DNA from: an uncultured Candidatus Binatia bacterium
GTDB taxonomy: Bacteria > Desulfobacterota > Binatia > UBA9968 > JAJDTQ01
Length of the DNA: 64,000 nucleotides
Direction: 5' to 3'
Assembly (NCBI GenBank): GCA_965213675.1
Contig: OZ243916.1
Coordinates: forward strand, 256,001 to 320,000
In this document: one piece after another, positions 10,733 to 20,802 of the stretch
How the letters are laid out: every line of letters begins with the position of its first letter
Position numbering within the stretch: position 1 is the stretch's first letter
Position numbers and translations under genes: made by a program
Notes under the pieces: generated by a model
Databases searched by the model: none
What the model was told of the DNA's origin: nothing
The model's input: the letters and a program-made list of their open reading frames with translations, nothing else

Positions 10733-10794
10733 GTCTGGAATCCATGTAATTGAGTGGGCTTCCGTCACGCGCCGGTTCCGGCCGGGCGCGCCTT

Positions 10795-12819
10795 TTACTG
10801 GAAGGCCTTGACGTAGGCGCGCTGGAGCCGTTCTACCCGGCTGGTATACATCAGGCCGATGCGGGCGAAGGCTTCGAGGGTGGCGCCGTCTCCTTGGTCC
10901 ATGGGGAAGTGGACGACCTTGGGAAAGCGGCGGACCTCCTTCTGCGACTCCTCGTTCAGATGCTCTACCACCTGTTGCAGTTCCTCACGCCCCGCCAGCA
11001 CCTTGTTGAGGATCGGGAGCACCAGCACGTCGGCTTTGTCCTGTATGCGTGACAGGGCGGCGCTGGCCACTGGCACCACGTCGATGTCGAGGTCGGAAAG
11101 AAAGTGGCTGAGGCGCTGGCCCACCTTGTCCTTGAGGAAAGCCTCGGGCACGGCCACGGCGTTGCGCAGCCGCCGCCGCATCCAGCGCCAGCGGGCGCCG
11201 GGGTACAACTCGCGCCGCAGCTTGCGCAGGTAATCCTTGCTCAACTCGCCCCAGGTGTGCTCCGCGGTCACGTTCTCGGCAAAGGGCGCCGCCGCCACCG
11301 TCTCGGGATCCCCATGGGTCTTGTCGACGTAGTCGTGGAAATGCTTCTCGGAGATCATGTAGCTGATGGCGTAATCCAGTTTTTCGAAGTTGGGATGCGG
11401 CCACATGATCTGGCGCAGGGCCCTGAGGAAGAAGCGCCGCCGCGGGCGGTCCGTGGTGAAGACATAGTGCCCGATCGCCTTGGCCAGGATGCCGAGGGTC
11501 TCGCGATCCAGCTTGTTGCCGCGGCCGCGGCGCGTGTACTCGGGCCGGAAGTGCCGAATGCCCTGGGCCAGGCGGGCGCCGTAGTTCTCGTACTTGTAGA
11601 GGCTCCGGATAAGCCAGTTGTAGCCTTGCTGCACCTCTTCGATGCTCATCAGCTTGGGCACGAAGTTCAGATCCGCGGAGCCGTGGCCCATCATCTGCGC
11701 GGAGTCGTAGGGGATCAGCCGGCCTTCCTTCTCCATGCGCTCGTAGAGGGGCGTCTTCTCGATGGCCGTGAGTACGCCGCTGGTGGTGAAGGCGATGCCG
11801 GCCTCCTGCAGAAAATCGAACTGCTCCCGAAAGATGTCCTTGTCGTCGTTGTCGAAGCCGACGATCATTCCCGCCAGAATGGCCATGTTGTGGGACTGGA
11901 TCTTGCGGATGCTCTCCATCAGCGGGCTGGTGGTGTTCTGCCGTTTCTGTGTCTCTGTCAGGCTTGCCACCCGCGGCGACTCGATGCCCAGGAACATGCT
12001 GGTGAAGTTGGCGTCGTGCAGCAACTGCAGCAGCCTGGGCTTCTCGGCCACGTTGATGGTCATCTCGCAGGAAAAGTTGATGGGGAAGCCCTTGGCGCGC
12101 CCGAACTCCGCCACCCCGGTGAGCAATTGTTCGGCGTAGCGCTGGTTGCCGATAAGGTTGGCGTCGGAGAAGCTGATGTGCCGCCCGCCCACGGCCTCGA
12201 CGGCTTCGATCTCCGCGATGACGTGCTCCACGCTCTTGGTGCGCGGCACGCGTCCGTCGGTGATGATGATATCGCAGAACTCGCACTTGAACGGACAGCC
12301 TCGGGTGGTCTGCAGGAAGTAGTAGAGGTAGTCGTCGCGGGACGCCAGATCCACCCGCGGCACCGGCGACAGCGTGATGTCGACGTTGCCCTCCTGCTTG
12401 TAGAGGGACTGGGTCTTGCCGGTGCGGAGGTCATCGCAGAACTGCGGCCAGGTGATCTCCACCTCGCCGTCGAACACCACGTCGAAGAGCCCGTCGGTAA
12501 AACGCTCCGGGCACAGGGATGGGTAGGGGCCGCCCACCACCACCGTCTTGCCGCGCTTGCGGAACGCCTCGGCGATGTGCCGGGCGCGGTTGTACTGGAT
12601 ATTCCAGCACGAGATGGCCACCACGTCGGCGTCGGCGTCGAAATCGAGCGGCCGGACGTTCTCGTCCTGAAGCGCGACATCGAAGTCGGGCGGCGTCAGC
12701 GCGGCCACGGTGAGGAGGCCCAGCGGGGTCTGTGCGCAACGCTGCGGGAGGATGTCGGTAATGCCGGTCAGGCGCCACAGGGAGTTCGGGAAGCGCGGAT
12801 TGACGAACAGGATCTTCAT
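10795..12819 (-). CDS. B12-binding radical SAM protein (DUF4070/HpnP-like class B methyltransferase family) with extra C-terminal domain
   Basis: PLGLLTVAALTP...VVGGPYPS B12-binding domain; RGCPFKCEFC CxxxCxxC; FLGIESP, GMIVGFDND. Confidence 0.88.
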   Translation of the reverse strand: MKILFVNPRFPNSLWRLTGITDILPQRCAQTPLGLLTVAALTPPDFDVALQDENVRPLDFDADADVVAISCWNIQYNRARHIAEAFRKRGKTVVVGGPYPSLCPERFTDGLFDVVFDGEVEITWPQFCDDLRTGKTQSLYKQEGNVDITLSPVPRVDLASRDDYLYYFLQTTRGCPFKCEFCDIIITDGRVPRTKSVEHVIAEIEAVEAVGGRHISFSDANLIGNQRYAEQLLTGVAEFGRAKGFPINFSCEMTINVAEKPRLLQLLHDANFTSMFLGIESPRVASLTETQKRQNTTSPLMESIRKIQSHNMAILAGMIVGFDNDDKDIFREQFDFLQEAGIAFTTSGVLTAIEKTPLYERMEKEGRLIPYDSAQMMGHGSADLNFVPKLMSIEEVQQGYNWLIRSLYKYENYGARLAQGIRHFRPEYTRRGRGNKLDRETLGILAKAIGHYVFTTDRPRRRFFLRALRQIMWPHPNFEKLDYAISYMISEKHFHDYVDKTHGDPETVAAAPFAENVTAEHTWGELSKDYLRKLRRELYPGARWRWMRRRLRNAVAVPEAFLKDKVGQRLSHFLSDLDIDVVPVASAALSRIQDKADVLVLPILNKVLAGREELQQVVEHLNEESQKEVRRFPKVVHFPMDQGDGATLEAFARIGLMYTSRVERLQRAYVKAFQ

Positions 12820-13010
12820 GACGTGCTTTTCCTCATGCGGTCGCTGTCTCCGGGTTTCCCTTTTTGTTCCCGAACGAGTTTAGTGATAATGTGCGTGAGA
12901 CAGTCTGATGCAGATAATAGGTTTTCCGCCACGTTATCAGCCGTTCAAGCGGGATGTCAAGATGGATTTCGTGGTTTTCCCGCGCTTTCTCGGGGCCTCC
13001 ATCGATGTCC

Positions 13011-13697
13011 ATGATTCAACTCCACAATGTCTCCAGGGTGTATTCGCGGGACAACGCGGGAGTCAGGGACGTCACGTTCCACGTCGAGGCGGGCGAGTTC
13101 CTGTTCGTGTGTGGTCCGAGCGGCGCCGGGAAGACCACGCTGCTGCGCTTGCTGTTCCGCTCCGAGCAGACCACCGAGGGTCAGATCCTCGTCAACGGAC
13201 GCAACATCACGCGCCTCACGGGGCGGGGACTGGCGGCCTACCGGAGGAGGCTGGGACTCGTTTTCCAGGACTTCAAGCTCATCCCGCACATGACCGCGCT
13301 GGAGAACGTCTCGCTGGCGGCCGACGTGGTCGGCGTCCCCTGGCGCCAGAGCCGACGCCGGGCCTTCCGGCTGCTGACCGAACTCGGGCTCAAGGACAAG
13401 TACGGCGTTTTGCCGCCAGCGCTGTCCGGCGGCGAGCAGCAGCGGGTGGCCATAGCCCGGGCTCTGGTGAACGACCCCGAACTCGTGCTGGCGGACGAGC
13501 CCACGGGGAACCTCGACCCCGAGAGGGCGGCGGAAAGCCTGCGGCTCTTTGAGCGCATCAACGAGGAAGGCACCACCGTGCTCATCGCCACCCATGACCC
13601 GCGTCTGTTGCGCGGCTTCGATGGCCGCGTTCTGCTGATGCGCCAGGGTCGGCTGCTGGGGCGCGAGGACCTGGAACCGGCGGCCCCGGCGCCATGA
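13011..13697 (+). CDS. ftsE: Cell division ATP-binding protein FtsE
   Basis: GPSGAGKTT, LGLVFQDFKLI, LSGGEQQRVAIARA, LADEPTGNLD; followed by ftsX. Confidence 0.92.
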   Translation: MIQLHNVSRVYSRDNAGVRDVTFHVEAGEFLFVCGPSGAGKTTLLRLLFRSEQTTEGQILVNGRNITRLTGRGLAAYRRRLGLVFQDFKLIPHMTALENVSLAADVVGVPWRQSRRRAFRLLTELGLKDKYGVLPPALSGGEQQRVAIARALVNDPELVLADEPTGNLDPERAAESLRLFERINEEGTTVLIATHDPRLLRGFDGRVLLMRQGRLLGREDLEPAAPAP

Positions 13698-14590
13698 GGC
13701 TCGCCCACATCGTCTTCGTCGCCGGGCGCGTGGTACGGAGCCTGAAGGAGCTTTTCTGGACCCACCTGCTGACCGCCGGCGTCATGGCCATGATCCTGCT
13801 GGTGTTCGGCGGCTTCCTGCTGATCCAGGAGAACCTCGGTCGAATGGTGCGCGGGTGGGGCGAGGAACTCCACGTGTTCGTCTATCTGGACGACGAGGTG
13901 GACGCCGCCGCCGCGACGGAACTGCGGGCGCGGCTGGAGAGTTTCCCGGAGGTGCGCGCCGCGCGTTACGTTTCCCGAGAGCGCGCATGGGAAGATTTCA
14001 AGAATGCCCTGGGTTCGCAGTCGGGGATCCTGGAGGGCCTGGACCCGGCGATGCTGCCGGCGTCCCTGGAGTTGGAAGTGCGCGCCGGCTACCGGTCGCG
14101 TGATGCCGTGGCGCGGCTGGTGGAACGGCTGGAGGCGCAGGAGGGAGTCCAGGATGTGGAATATCCCGAGACCTGGCTGGAACGGCTGCGGCTGCTGCGG
14201 GTGGGCATGGAGTGGCTCAAGTGGGTGCTCGGCGGGGTCCTGTTCCTGGTGGCCTTTCTGATCGTCGGCAGCACCATCAAGCTGGCCATCGTGGCGCGGC
14301 GGGACGAGATCGAGGTCATGCAACTGGTGGGGGCCGGCGCCGGGCTGATCAAGGCGCCGTTCGTCATCGAGGGAATGATTCAGGGGCTGGTGGGAGGCGC
14401 GCTCGCCCTCGGGTTGCTGCAGGCGGCATTCTCGCTTCTCGGCGCGGAACTGCTGGCTTCGTTCGGGCCGCTGGCCGCCGGCATCCAGTTTGCTTTTCTG
14501 GACTCCCGGCAATGCGTGGAACTGCTTCTTCTGGGTTGGCTTCTGGGAACCGCCGGCAGCGTGCTGTCGGTGAGGCGTTTTCTGACCTGA
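13694..14590 (+). CDS. ftsX: Cell division permease FtsX
   Basis: TIKLAIVARRDEIEVMQLVGA...IKAPFVIEG; ATGA overlap with ftsE. Confidence 0.92.
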   Translation: MRLAHIVFVAGRVVRSLKELFWTHLLTAGVMAMILLVFGGFLLIQENLGRMVRGWGEELHVFVYLDDEVDAAAATELRARLESFPEVRAARYVSRERAWEDFKNALGSQSGILEGLDPAMLPASLELEVRAGYRSRDAVARLVERLEAQEGVQDVEYPETWLERLRLLRVGMEWLKWVLGGVLFLVAFLIVGSTIKLAIVARRDEIEVMQLVGAGAGLIKAPFVIEGMIQGLVGGALALGLLQAAFSLLGAELLASFGPLAAGIQFAFLDSRQCVELLLLGWLLGTAGSVLSVRRFLT

Positions 14591-14600
14591 CGCGAGTGTC

Positions 14601-15986
14601 ATGTCCGGCGACTTCACGCGACTGCCTGCTGATCCTGTGGGCGCTGGCGCCCGCCAGCTGCGTGGCGTTATCGCGCCTGGCGCCCGCCACCGCTCGTCAA
14701 CGCGCCTTTCCGGCAACCGGATCTTCGGCGTAACCGGTGTCACACAGGGTACGAATTCGCGGGACGGGGCACGGGCGTCCCGAAGGCGCCTGTCCCGCTG
14801 GCGTTTCTCAAGAGCCTTTACCGTCGCCGGCCGCGTGGGCGCGGCGCTCGCGGTGTGCCTCTGCCTGGGTTCCCCGGCGCCGGCCCGGGCGCGGGACCCG
14901 GGCGAGTTGGCGGAGTTGCAGGAGCGTATCGCCGAGGGGCGCGTCACCCTGGACAAGGCCCAGCGCCGCGAAGCCTCCGTGCAGGAGGTGCTCGACGGTC
15001 TTGAAGTCGCCCTGGAGCGCCGGACGCGCCGGCTCGAGACTCTGAACGCACGCCTGAAACAGCGCGAGCAGGAGTTCAAAGCGGCGGAGCGGGAGGCGTC
15101 CGAGGCCGCCGCGGCACTGCGGCAGGGGCGCCGGGCACTGGCGCCCCGGGCGCGGGCGCTCTACCGCTGGCAACGTTCCGGAACGCCATTCGTGTTGCTC
15201 AACGGCGAGTTGTCGATGCTGGAGTTGATGCGGCGCAAGCATTCGCTGGAGACGGTTTTGAGCCGGGATCAGGCGCTGATCGGACGGCTGGCGGACAACC
15301 TCCGGCGCAGCCGGGACACGCAAGGAACGGTGGAGGCCCGGCGCCGGGCGCTGGCGCGCGAGCGCGACCAGGTGGCGGCGCTGCGCGATGAGCTGAGGTC
15401 GGAGCAGGCGCACCGACAACAGACGTTGCGGACACTGCGGCGGGAGCGCCAACTGCGCGAGCGCGCCTTGCAGGACCTGCAACAGGCACTGAAACAGGCC
15501 GACCGCCGTCTGGAGGGCATCATCCGCGGTTCGGAGGAATCGCGCCGCGCGCCCGTGGCGAGTCCTGCCGGCGCGGTGGGCGACGGTCTGGTTCTGCCCG
15601 TGGACGGCAGGATCGTCAGCGGATTCGGCGTCCACAAGCACCCCGACCTGGACGTGGATGTGCACCGCCCCGGCATTGACATCGCCGCGCCGGGGGGAGC
15701 CGGGGTCCGGGCGGTGGAGCCGGGCCGGGTCCTGTTCGCGGATCGCTTGCCGGGTTACGGAAAGATGCTTATCCTCGACCACGGAAAGCGCCATTACACG
15801 GTGTACGGCCACCTTTCCGAACTGGCCAAGTCCGTGGGCGACCGCGTGGAGCGGGGCGAGCGCATCGCCCGATTGGGGGACGATCCGTCGTCCGGCCAGT
15901 CGAGGCTCTATTTTGAAATGCGCCGGAACGGCAAACCGGTGGACCCGCTCCCCTGGTTCCCGCGGGCGCGGGCTGGCCGGCGGTAG
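14601..15986 (+). CDS. envC: Murein hydrolase activator EnvC (coiled coil + M23 domain); true start may be further downstream
   Basis: Long coiled coil, PVDGRIVSGFG, GIDIAA, YTVYGHLS, LYFEMRRNGKPVDP; position after ftsEX. Confidence 0.82.
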   Translation: MSGDFTRLPADPVGAGARQLRGVIAPGARHRSSTRLSGNRIFGVTGVTQGTNSRDGARASRRRLSRWRFSRAFTVAGRVGAALAVCLCLGSPAPARARDPGELAELQERIAEGRVTLDKAQRREASVQEVLDGLEVALERRTRRLETLNARLKQREQEFKAAEREASEAAAALRQGRRALAPRARALYRWQRSGTPFVLLNGELSMLELMRRKHSLETVLSRDQALIGRLADNLRRSRDTQGTVEARRRALARERDQVAALRDELRSEQAHRQQTLRTLRRERQLRERALQDLQQALKQADRRLEGIIRGSEESRRAPVASPAGAVGDGLVLPVDGRIVSGFGVHKHPDLDVDVHRPGIDIAAPGGAGVRAVEPGRVLFADRLPGYGKMLILDHGKRHYTVYGHLSELAKSVGDRVERGERIARLGDDPSSGQSRLYFEMRRNGKPVDPLPWFPRARAGRR

Positions 15987-16145
15987 GAGCTTGCGCCGCA
16001 GGAATTCGCGAAAGCAAAAAAGCGCTATCGCCGTCCCTTGGGTTGGTCGATTGAGGAGAATATCAGGTCATATTTGACGAAATCGAGCGGCCGAAGGGAC
16101 GGATGAGAGGCGACTTGCAGCCGTGAATTCCTGCGGCGCAAGCTG
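15987..16145 (+). mobile_element. MITE-like element family A (159 bp), copy 1
   Basis: Terminal inverted repeats AGCTTGCGCCGCAGGAATTC...GAATTCCTGCGGCGCAAGCT, internal hairpin CCGTCCCTT...AAGGGACGG; begins right after envC stop TAG; inverted copy at 29213-29371. Confidence 0.85.
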
Positions 16146-16166
16146 CTTTGGCAGCAGACGGAGTCG

Positions 16167-17495
16167 ATGGGAGGAGACGACACGATGAAGCCGTGGAATC
16201 GAGAGCGCCGCGTGTCCGGATGGTTCTGGGCCTTGGGCTGGGTACTTTTCGCGGCGGGGCTGGTGGCGCCGCGCGTCTCGGCCGTGGACTCCGGCGCGTA
16301 CCGCAGTCTGGAGAACTTCGCCAACATCCTCGCCATCGTGCAGCAGAGCTACGTGAAGGAGGTGGCGACGGAGAAGCTCGTGGATGGAGCGATCCAGGGC
16401 ATGCTGGAGTCCCTGGACCCCCACAGCAGCTACCTCACCGAGACCGCCTATCGCCGGCTTCAGACCGAAACCGAAGGGCGGTTCGGCGGCTTGGGGGTGG
16501 AGATCACCGTGCGCAACGGTCTCCTGACGGTGGTGTCGCCCATCGAGAACACCCCCGCCGCGCGCGCCGGCCTGCAGCCGGGCGATCAGATCGTCGGCAT
16601 CGACGACGAGACCACCGAGAACATGACGCTGTCCGATGCCGTCAAGCGGCTCCGCGGACCCAAGGACTCCAGCGTCACCCTGCAGGTGCGGCGCAAGGGC
16701 GAGGACAATCTGCTCACGTTCACCTTGGTGCGCGCCGTCATCGAGATCAACAGCGTGCGCGCGCTCGCCCTCGAACCGGGGTTCCTCTACTTGCGCATCG
16801 CGCAGTTCCAGGATCGCACCGGCGAGGACCTGAAGGGCGCCATGGCCCGGCATCAACCCGGCGAAGGGGCCTACAAGGGCGTGGTGCTCGACCTGCGCAA
16901 CAACCCGGGAGGGCTGCTCAGCCAGGCGGTGAGAGTTTCGGACATGTTCCTGGACTCCGGCCTGATCGTCTATACCGATGGACGCCAGAGTCAGAGCAAG
17001 CAGAAGTTTTCCGCCAGCCGCGAGGGCTCGCGGACGGACTTCCCCATGGTGGTGCTGGTGAACGGCGGCAGCGCCAGCGCGTCGGAGATCGTCGCCGGGG
17101 CGTTGCAGGATCACAAGCGCGCGCTGATTCTGGGAACTCAGACCTTCGGCAAGGGGTCGGTGCAGACCATCCTGCCCCTCGATGATCGCTCGGCCCTGCG
17201 CTTGACCACCGCGGAGTACTTCACGCCCAACGGGCGCTCGATACACGAGGTGGGCATCAAGCCGGACATCGTCATGGATCCCGCGCGCGCGCCGGCGTCG
17301 TCCGAGAGCGCCCCGGACGAGACCGCGGCGGTCGAGGCCGGCGCCCCGTCCGAAGCATCGCCGGAGGACGCCGCGCCGCGTGACGACCTGGCGCGGCGGC
17401 TCCGCAACGACCCCGAGATCGGGCGCGCGTTGGAGCTGCTCAAGGGTTGGGAAATGTTCCGTGGCCTCGCCGGCTCGGTCAAGGAAAAGACCTGA
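16167..17495 (+). CDS. S41 family carboxyl-terminal processing protease (CtpA/Prc-like, PDZ)
   Basis: LDPHSSYL, FGGLGVEI, LDLRNNPGG, GSASASEIVAGALQD, TFGKGSVQ. Confidence 0.93.
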   Translation: MGGDDTMKPWNRERRVSGWFWALGWVLFAAGLVAPRVSAVDSGAYRSLENFANILAIVQQSYVKEVATEKLVDGAIQGMLESLDPHSSYLTETAYRRLQTETEGRFGGLGVEITVRNGLLTVVSPIENTPAARAGLQPGDQIVGIDDETTENMTLSDAVKRLRGPKDSSVTLQVRRKGEDNLLTFTLVRAVIEINSVRALALEPGFLYLRIAQFQDRTGEDLKGAMARHQPGEGAYKGVVLDLRNNPGGLLSQAVRVSDMFLDSGLIVYTDGRQSQSKQKFSASREGSRTDFPMVVLVNGGSASASEIVAGALQDHKRALILGTQTFGKGSVQTILPLDDRSALRLTTAEYFTPNGRSIHEVGIKPDIVMDPARAPASSESAPDETAAVEAGAPSEASPEDAAPRDDLARRLRNDPEIGRALELLKGWEMFRGLAGSVKEKT

Positions 17496-17508
17496 GCCGC
17501 GCGTGGCG

Positions 17509-18777
17509 ATGTCGCGTTCTTTCCAATTTCCGTCCGCGGGACAGCCGGCCGAGATCCTCACGGTCAGCCGGTTGAACGAGATCATCCGGGACCGGCTGGA
17601 GACGGGGCTCGATGCCCTGTGGGTGGCCGGGGAACTGTCCAACGTACGCTTCGCGCCGTCGGGGCACGTCTACTTCACGCTCAAGGACGCGGAATCCCAG
17701 ATCGCGGCGGTGCTGTTCCGCCGCAATGCCGAGCGGCTGCGGTTCCGTCTGGAAGACGGCATGGAAGTGGTCTGCTCCGGCCGGGTGGGCCTGTACACGG
17801 TGCGCGGCGCGCTCCAGTTCTACGCCGTGGAGGTGGAAGCGCGCGGCAAGGGCGCGCTGACCGTCGCTTTCGAGCAGTTGAAGAAGCGCCTGTGGCAGGA
17901 AGGCCTGTTCGAGAGCGACCGGAAGAAGCCGCTGCCTTTCCTGCCGCGCGCCATCGGCATCGTCACCTCGCTTCGAGGCGCGGCCGTGCGCGACATGCTG
18001 AGCATCATCGGCGAGCGCTTCCCGGAACGCCGGGTGATCATCCGCCCGGTGAAAGTGCAGGGTCAGGGCGCCGCTCGGGAGATTGCCCAGGGGATACGGG
18101 AACTGGACGAGACCGGCATGGCGGACGTCATGATCGTCGGCCGCGGCGGCGGCTCGCTCGAGGACCTGTGGGCGTTCAACGAAGAGGCGGTGGCGCGCGC
18201 CATCGCCGCGGCGCGCACGCCCATCGTGTCCGCGGTGGGTCACGAGATCGACGTGACCATCGCCGACTTCGTGGCCGACCGGCGCGCGGCCACGCCCACG
18301 GCCGCGGCCGAGATGATTCTCCCCCGGCGGCGCGAGTTGGAAGAGCGGGTGACGCTGTGGGCGCGCCGGCTGCGGCGCGGGACCGAACTCCGCATGGAGC
18401 ACCGGCGCGAGAATCTGCGCCACTGGGCGCGCCGGCTGGCGGATCCCGGCCGCGGGCTGCGCCAGGGGCAGATGCGGCTGGACGAGTTGTCGCTGCGGCT
18501 GTGGCGGCGTCAGGAGGACGCGCTGCAGCGCCTGCGGGAACGGCTCGGCCACCTCGCCGGGCGGTTGGGCGGCGTCGATCCGCTGGCGGTGCTGCGGCGC
18601 GGCTACAGCATCGTGTACGAGGTTCCGGATGGGCGCATCGTCAAGGATGCCGCGTCCCTGCGCAAGGGCCAGCAGGTGCGGGTGGACTTCGCCGCGGGGC
18701 GGGCCATCTGTCAGGTGGAAGAGGTGGAGGCGCCGGATCAGGCCGGAGGACGCCGCGATGGATCGGAAATCTCTTGA
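17509..18777 (+). CDS. xseA: Exodeoxyribonuclease VII large subunit
   Basis: WVAGELSN...SGHVYFTLKD, GRGGGSLEDLWAFNEE, SAVGHEID...TPTAAAE. Confidence 0.95.
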   Translation: MSRSFQFPSAGQPAEILTVSRLNEIIRDRLETGLDALWVAGELSNVRFAPSGHVYFTLKDAESQIAAVLFRRNAERLRFRLEDGMEVVCSGRVGLYTVRGALQFYAVEVEARGKGALTVAFEQLKKRLWQEGLFESDRKKPLPFLPRAIGIVTSLRGAAVRDMLSIIGERFPERRVIIRPVKVQGQGAAREIAQGIRELDETGMADVMIVGRGGGSLEDLWAFNEEAVARAIAAARTPIVSAVGHEIDVTIADFVADRRAATPTAAAEMILPRRRELEERVTLWARRLRRGTELRMEHRRENLRHWARRLADPGRGLRQGQMRLDELSLRLWRRQEDALQRLRERLGHLAGRLGGVDPLAVLRRGYSIVYEVPDGRIVKDAASLRKGQQVRVDFAAGRAICQVEEVEAPDQAGGRRDGSEIS

Positions 18778-18788
18778 GGAGGATGGGA

Positions 18789-19049
18789 ATGTCTCGGGAC
18801 GAGAGCACGACGGAGGCGCCGGACGAACGCGGATTCGAGGAGTGCCTGCAGGCCCTGGAGAAGGTCGTGGAGCGCATCGAGAGCGGTGAGTTGAACCTCG
18901 ATGAATCGCTGGCCACCTTCGAGGAAGGCGTGCGCCTGGTGCGGTCCTGCAACCACAAGCTCGGCGAGGTCGAGCGGCGCATCGAGGTGCTGACCCAGGA
19001 CTCGGAGGGGCGTTCGCACCTGCGGGAACTGGTCGAGGAGGAAGATTGA
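18789..19049 (+). CDS. xseB: Exodeoxyribonuclease VII small subunit
   Basis: [39 protein letters not shown]...ERRIEVL at the end of ORF 17619..19049. Confidence 0.93.
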   Translation: MSRDESTTEAPDERGFEECLQALEKVVERIESGELNLDESLATFEEGVRLVRSCNHKLGEVERRIEVLTQDSEGRSHLRELVEEED

Positions 19050-19834
19050 CCGCGAACCGGGAACGCCTCGATCGCCTGCTGGTGGCGTCTTCGCTGGCGC
19101 GCAGCCGCGAGCAGGCGCAGCGCTACATCCTCGCGGGCACGGTGCTGGTGGACGACGCGCCGGTGACCAAGGCCGGCGCCCTGGTCCGGCGCGACGCGCA
19201 TCTCCGGGTGAAGGCGACCGCGCGTTACGCGAGCCGTGGCGGCGAGAAGCTCGAGGCGGCCCTGGCGCGCTTTGGCGTGAACCCGTCGAGCCGGGTGGCG
19301 CTGGACGTGGGCGCGTCCAGCGGGGGATTCACCGACTGTCTGCTGGCCCACGGCGCGGCCAGGGTACACGCGGTGGACGTGGGTTACGGCCAGCTCGACT
19401 GGCGCCTGCGGCAGGATCCGCGCGTGGTCGTGCTGGAGCGCACCAACATTCGTCATCTCCAGCCGGACGCATTGGCCGAAGCACCGGATCTCGCGGTGGT
19501 GGACGTCTCGTTCATATCGTTGCGTCTCGTGCTGCCGCGGGTGTGTTGCCTGCTCAAGCCGCCGTTCGAGATCGTGGCGCTCATCAAACCGCAGTTCGAG
19601 GTGGGCAAGGGACGCGTGGGGAAGGGCGGCGTGGTGCGTTCGGAGGACGAGCACCGGCGCGTGGTCGGGGAGATCGAGGCCGCGGTGGACGCCCTCGGGC
19701 TGGAGCGCCGGCCGGTGGTTCCGTCCCCGTTGCTGGGCCCCAAGGGCAACCGGGAATTCTTCATCCACGCACTGGCGCCGGCGCTCTGGAGCGCGGTCTC
19801 AAAAGCGTCTGCCGGGCTTGACTTGGGTGGCTGA
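19046..19834 (+). CDS. tlyA: TlyA family rRNA 2'-O-methyltransferase
   Basis: RLDRLLV S4 domain, [43 protein letters not shown]. Confidence 0.94.
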   Translation: MTANRERLDRLLVASSLARSREQAQRYILAGTVLVDDAPVTKAGALVRRDAHLRVKATARYASRGGEKLEAALARFGVNPSSRVALDVGASSGGFTDCLLAHGAARVHAVDVGYGQLDWRLRQDPRVVVLERTNIRHLQPDALAEAPDLAVVDVSFISLRLVLPRVCCLLKPPFEIVALIKPQFEVGKGRVGKGGVVRSEDEHRRVVGEIEAAVDALGLERRPVVPSPLLGPKGNREFFIHALAPALWSAVSKASAGLDLGG

Positions 19835-19845
19835 TTGGCTATAGT
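19818..19845 (+). promoter_or_regulatory. Putative sigma70 promoter of rpsU operon
   Basis: TTGACT-N16-TATAGT about 30 bp upstream of rpsU. Confidence 0.55.
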
Positions 19846-19874
19846 TCGACTGACTCAAGGAGTGGAACCAACCT

Positions 19875-20075
19875 ATGACCGGTGTTCGAATCAAGGAAAA
19901 CGAATCCATCGAGAGCGCCATCCGGCGCTTCAAGAAGCAGTGCGAGAAGGCCGGAATCCTGGCGGAACTGCGCAAGCGGGAACACTACGAGAAGCCGAGC
20001 GTCAAGCGCAAGAGAAAGGCCATCGCAGCCAAAAAGCGTGCCATGAAGCGCGCCCGAAGCCACCAGTGGTACTAG
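19875..20075 (+). CDS. rpsU: 30S ribosomal protein S21
   Basis: [37 protein letters not shown]. Confidence 0.97.
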   Translation: MTGVRIKENESIESAIRRFKKQCEKAGILAELRKREHYEKPSVKRKRKAIAAKKRAMKRARSHQWY

Positions 20076-20139
20076 GAGCTTGCGCCGTAGGGACGGATGA
20101 GAGCGGATTCGCAGCCGTGAATTCCAGCGGCGCAAGCTC
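20076..20139 (+). mobile_element. Family A MITE, internally deleted 64 bp copy flanked by CTAG on both sides
   Basis: CTAG-GAGCTTGCGCCG...CGGCGCAAGCTC-CTAG; internal part matches right half of 15987-16145; left CTAG contains the rpsU stop. Confidence 0.85.
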
Positions 20140-20271
20140 CTAGGGTCCACGCAACTGCGACTGGGAGTTTCGGACGCCGCAATGGCAGGGCCGGATGAGC
20201 GCGGCGGCTCCATGGAATCCATGGAGCGTGCCTCGCGGGCAGCGGATCCCGGCGATCTTCGACAGGCCATT

Positions 20272-20802
20272 GTGAACATCGTAGACGCAGTGTTGGCAGC
20301 GGTCCTGTGCGTGTTTGCCGTCAGAGGCTACGCCAAGGGACTGTTCCGGGAGGTATTCGCCTTGCTGGGCCTTTCGGTTGGCCTTATCGTGGCCGTTCGG
20401 TATTACGACCAGGCCTCCCGCTGGATCGACTTCTGGCCCTACTCTCCGTTCATCCTCCAGGCCATCTTCTTCATCATCTTCTTCCTTTCCATATACATCA
20501 GCCTCAACTGGGTGGGGTACCTGCTCCACCGATCCGCCGACCGTTTGTTTCTCAGCGGCTTCAACCGCTTCGGGGGCGTCCTGGCGGGCGGCGTCAAGGG
20601 GGCGGTGTTTCTGGGAGTCCTTCTTTTCCTCGCCATCTCGGAGTCATGGGTCCCGCAAAGACTCCATCGACCGGTGGGGGCGGCCGCACTGGTCGGCCCT
20701 CTTTACCAGGTCGGGGAAGCGGTGACCTCCCTGGGTAGATCCTTCACGGGCGTCCGATGGAGCCCGGGTTTCGCGTCGAGGGTTCCTCGGGACGGAGTAT
20801 GA
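20272..20802 (+). CDS. cvpA: CvpA family (colicin V production) membrane protein; start uncertain
   Basis: NIVDAVL...RGYAKGLFREVFALLG...NRFGGVLAGGVKG. Confidence 0.85.
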   Translation: MNIVDAVLAAVLCVFAVRGYAKGLFREVFALLGLSVGLIVAVRYYDQASRWIDFWPYSPFILQAIFFIIFFLSIYISLNWVGYLLHRSADRLFLSGFNRFGGVLAGGVKGAVFLGVLLFLAISESWVPQRLHRPVGAAALVGPLYQVGEAVTSLGRSFTGVRWSPGFASRVPRDGV

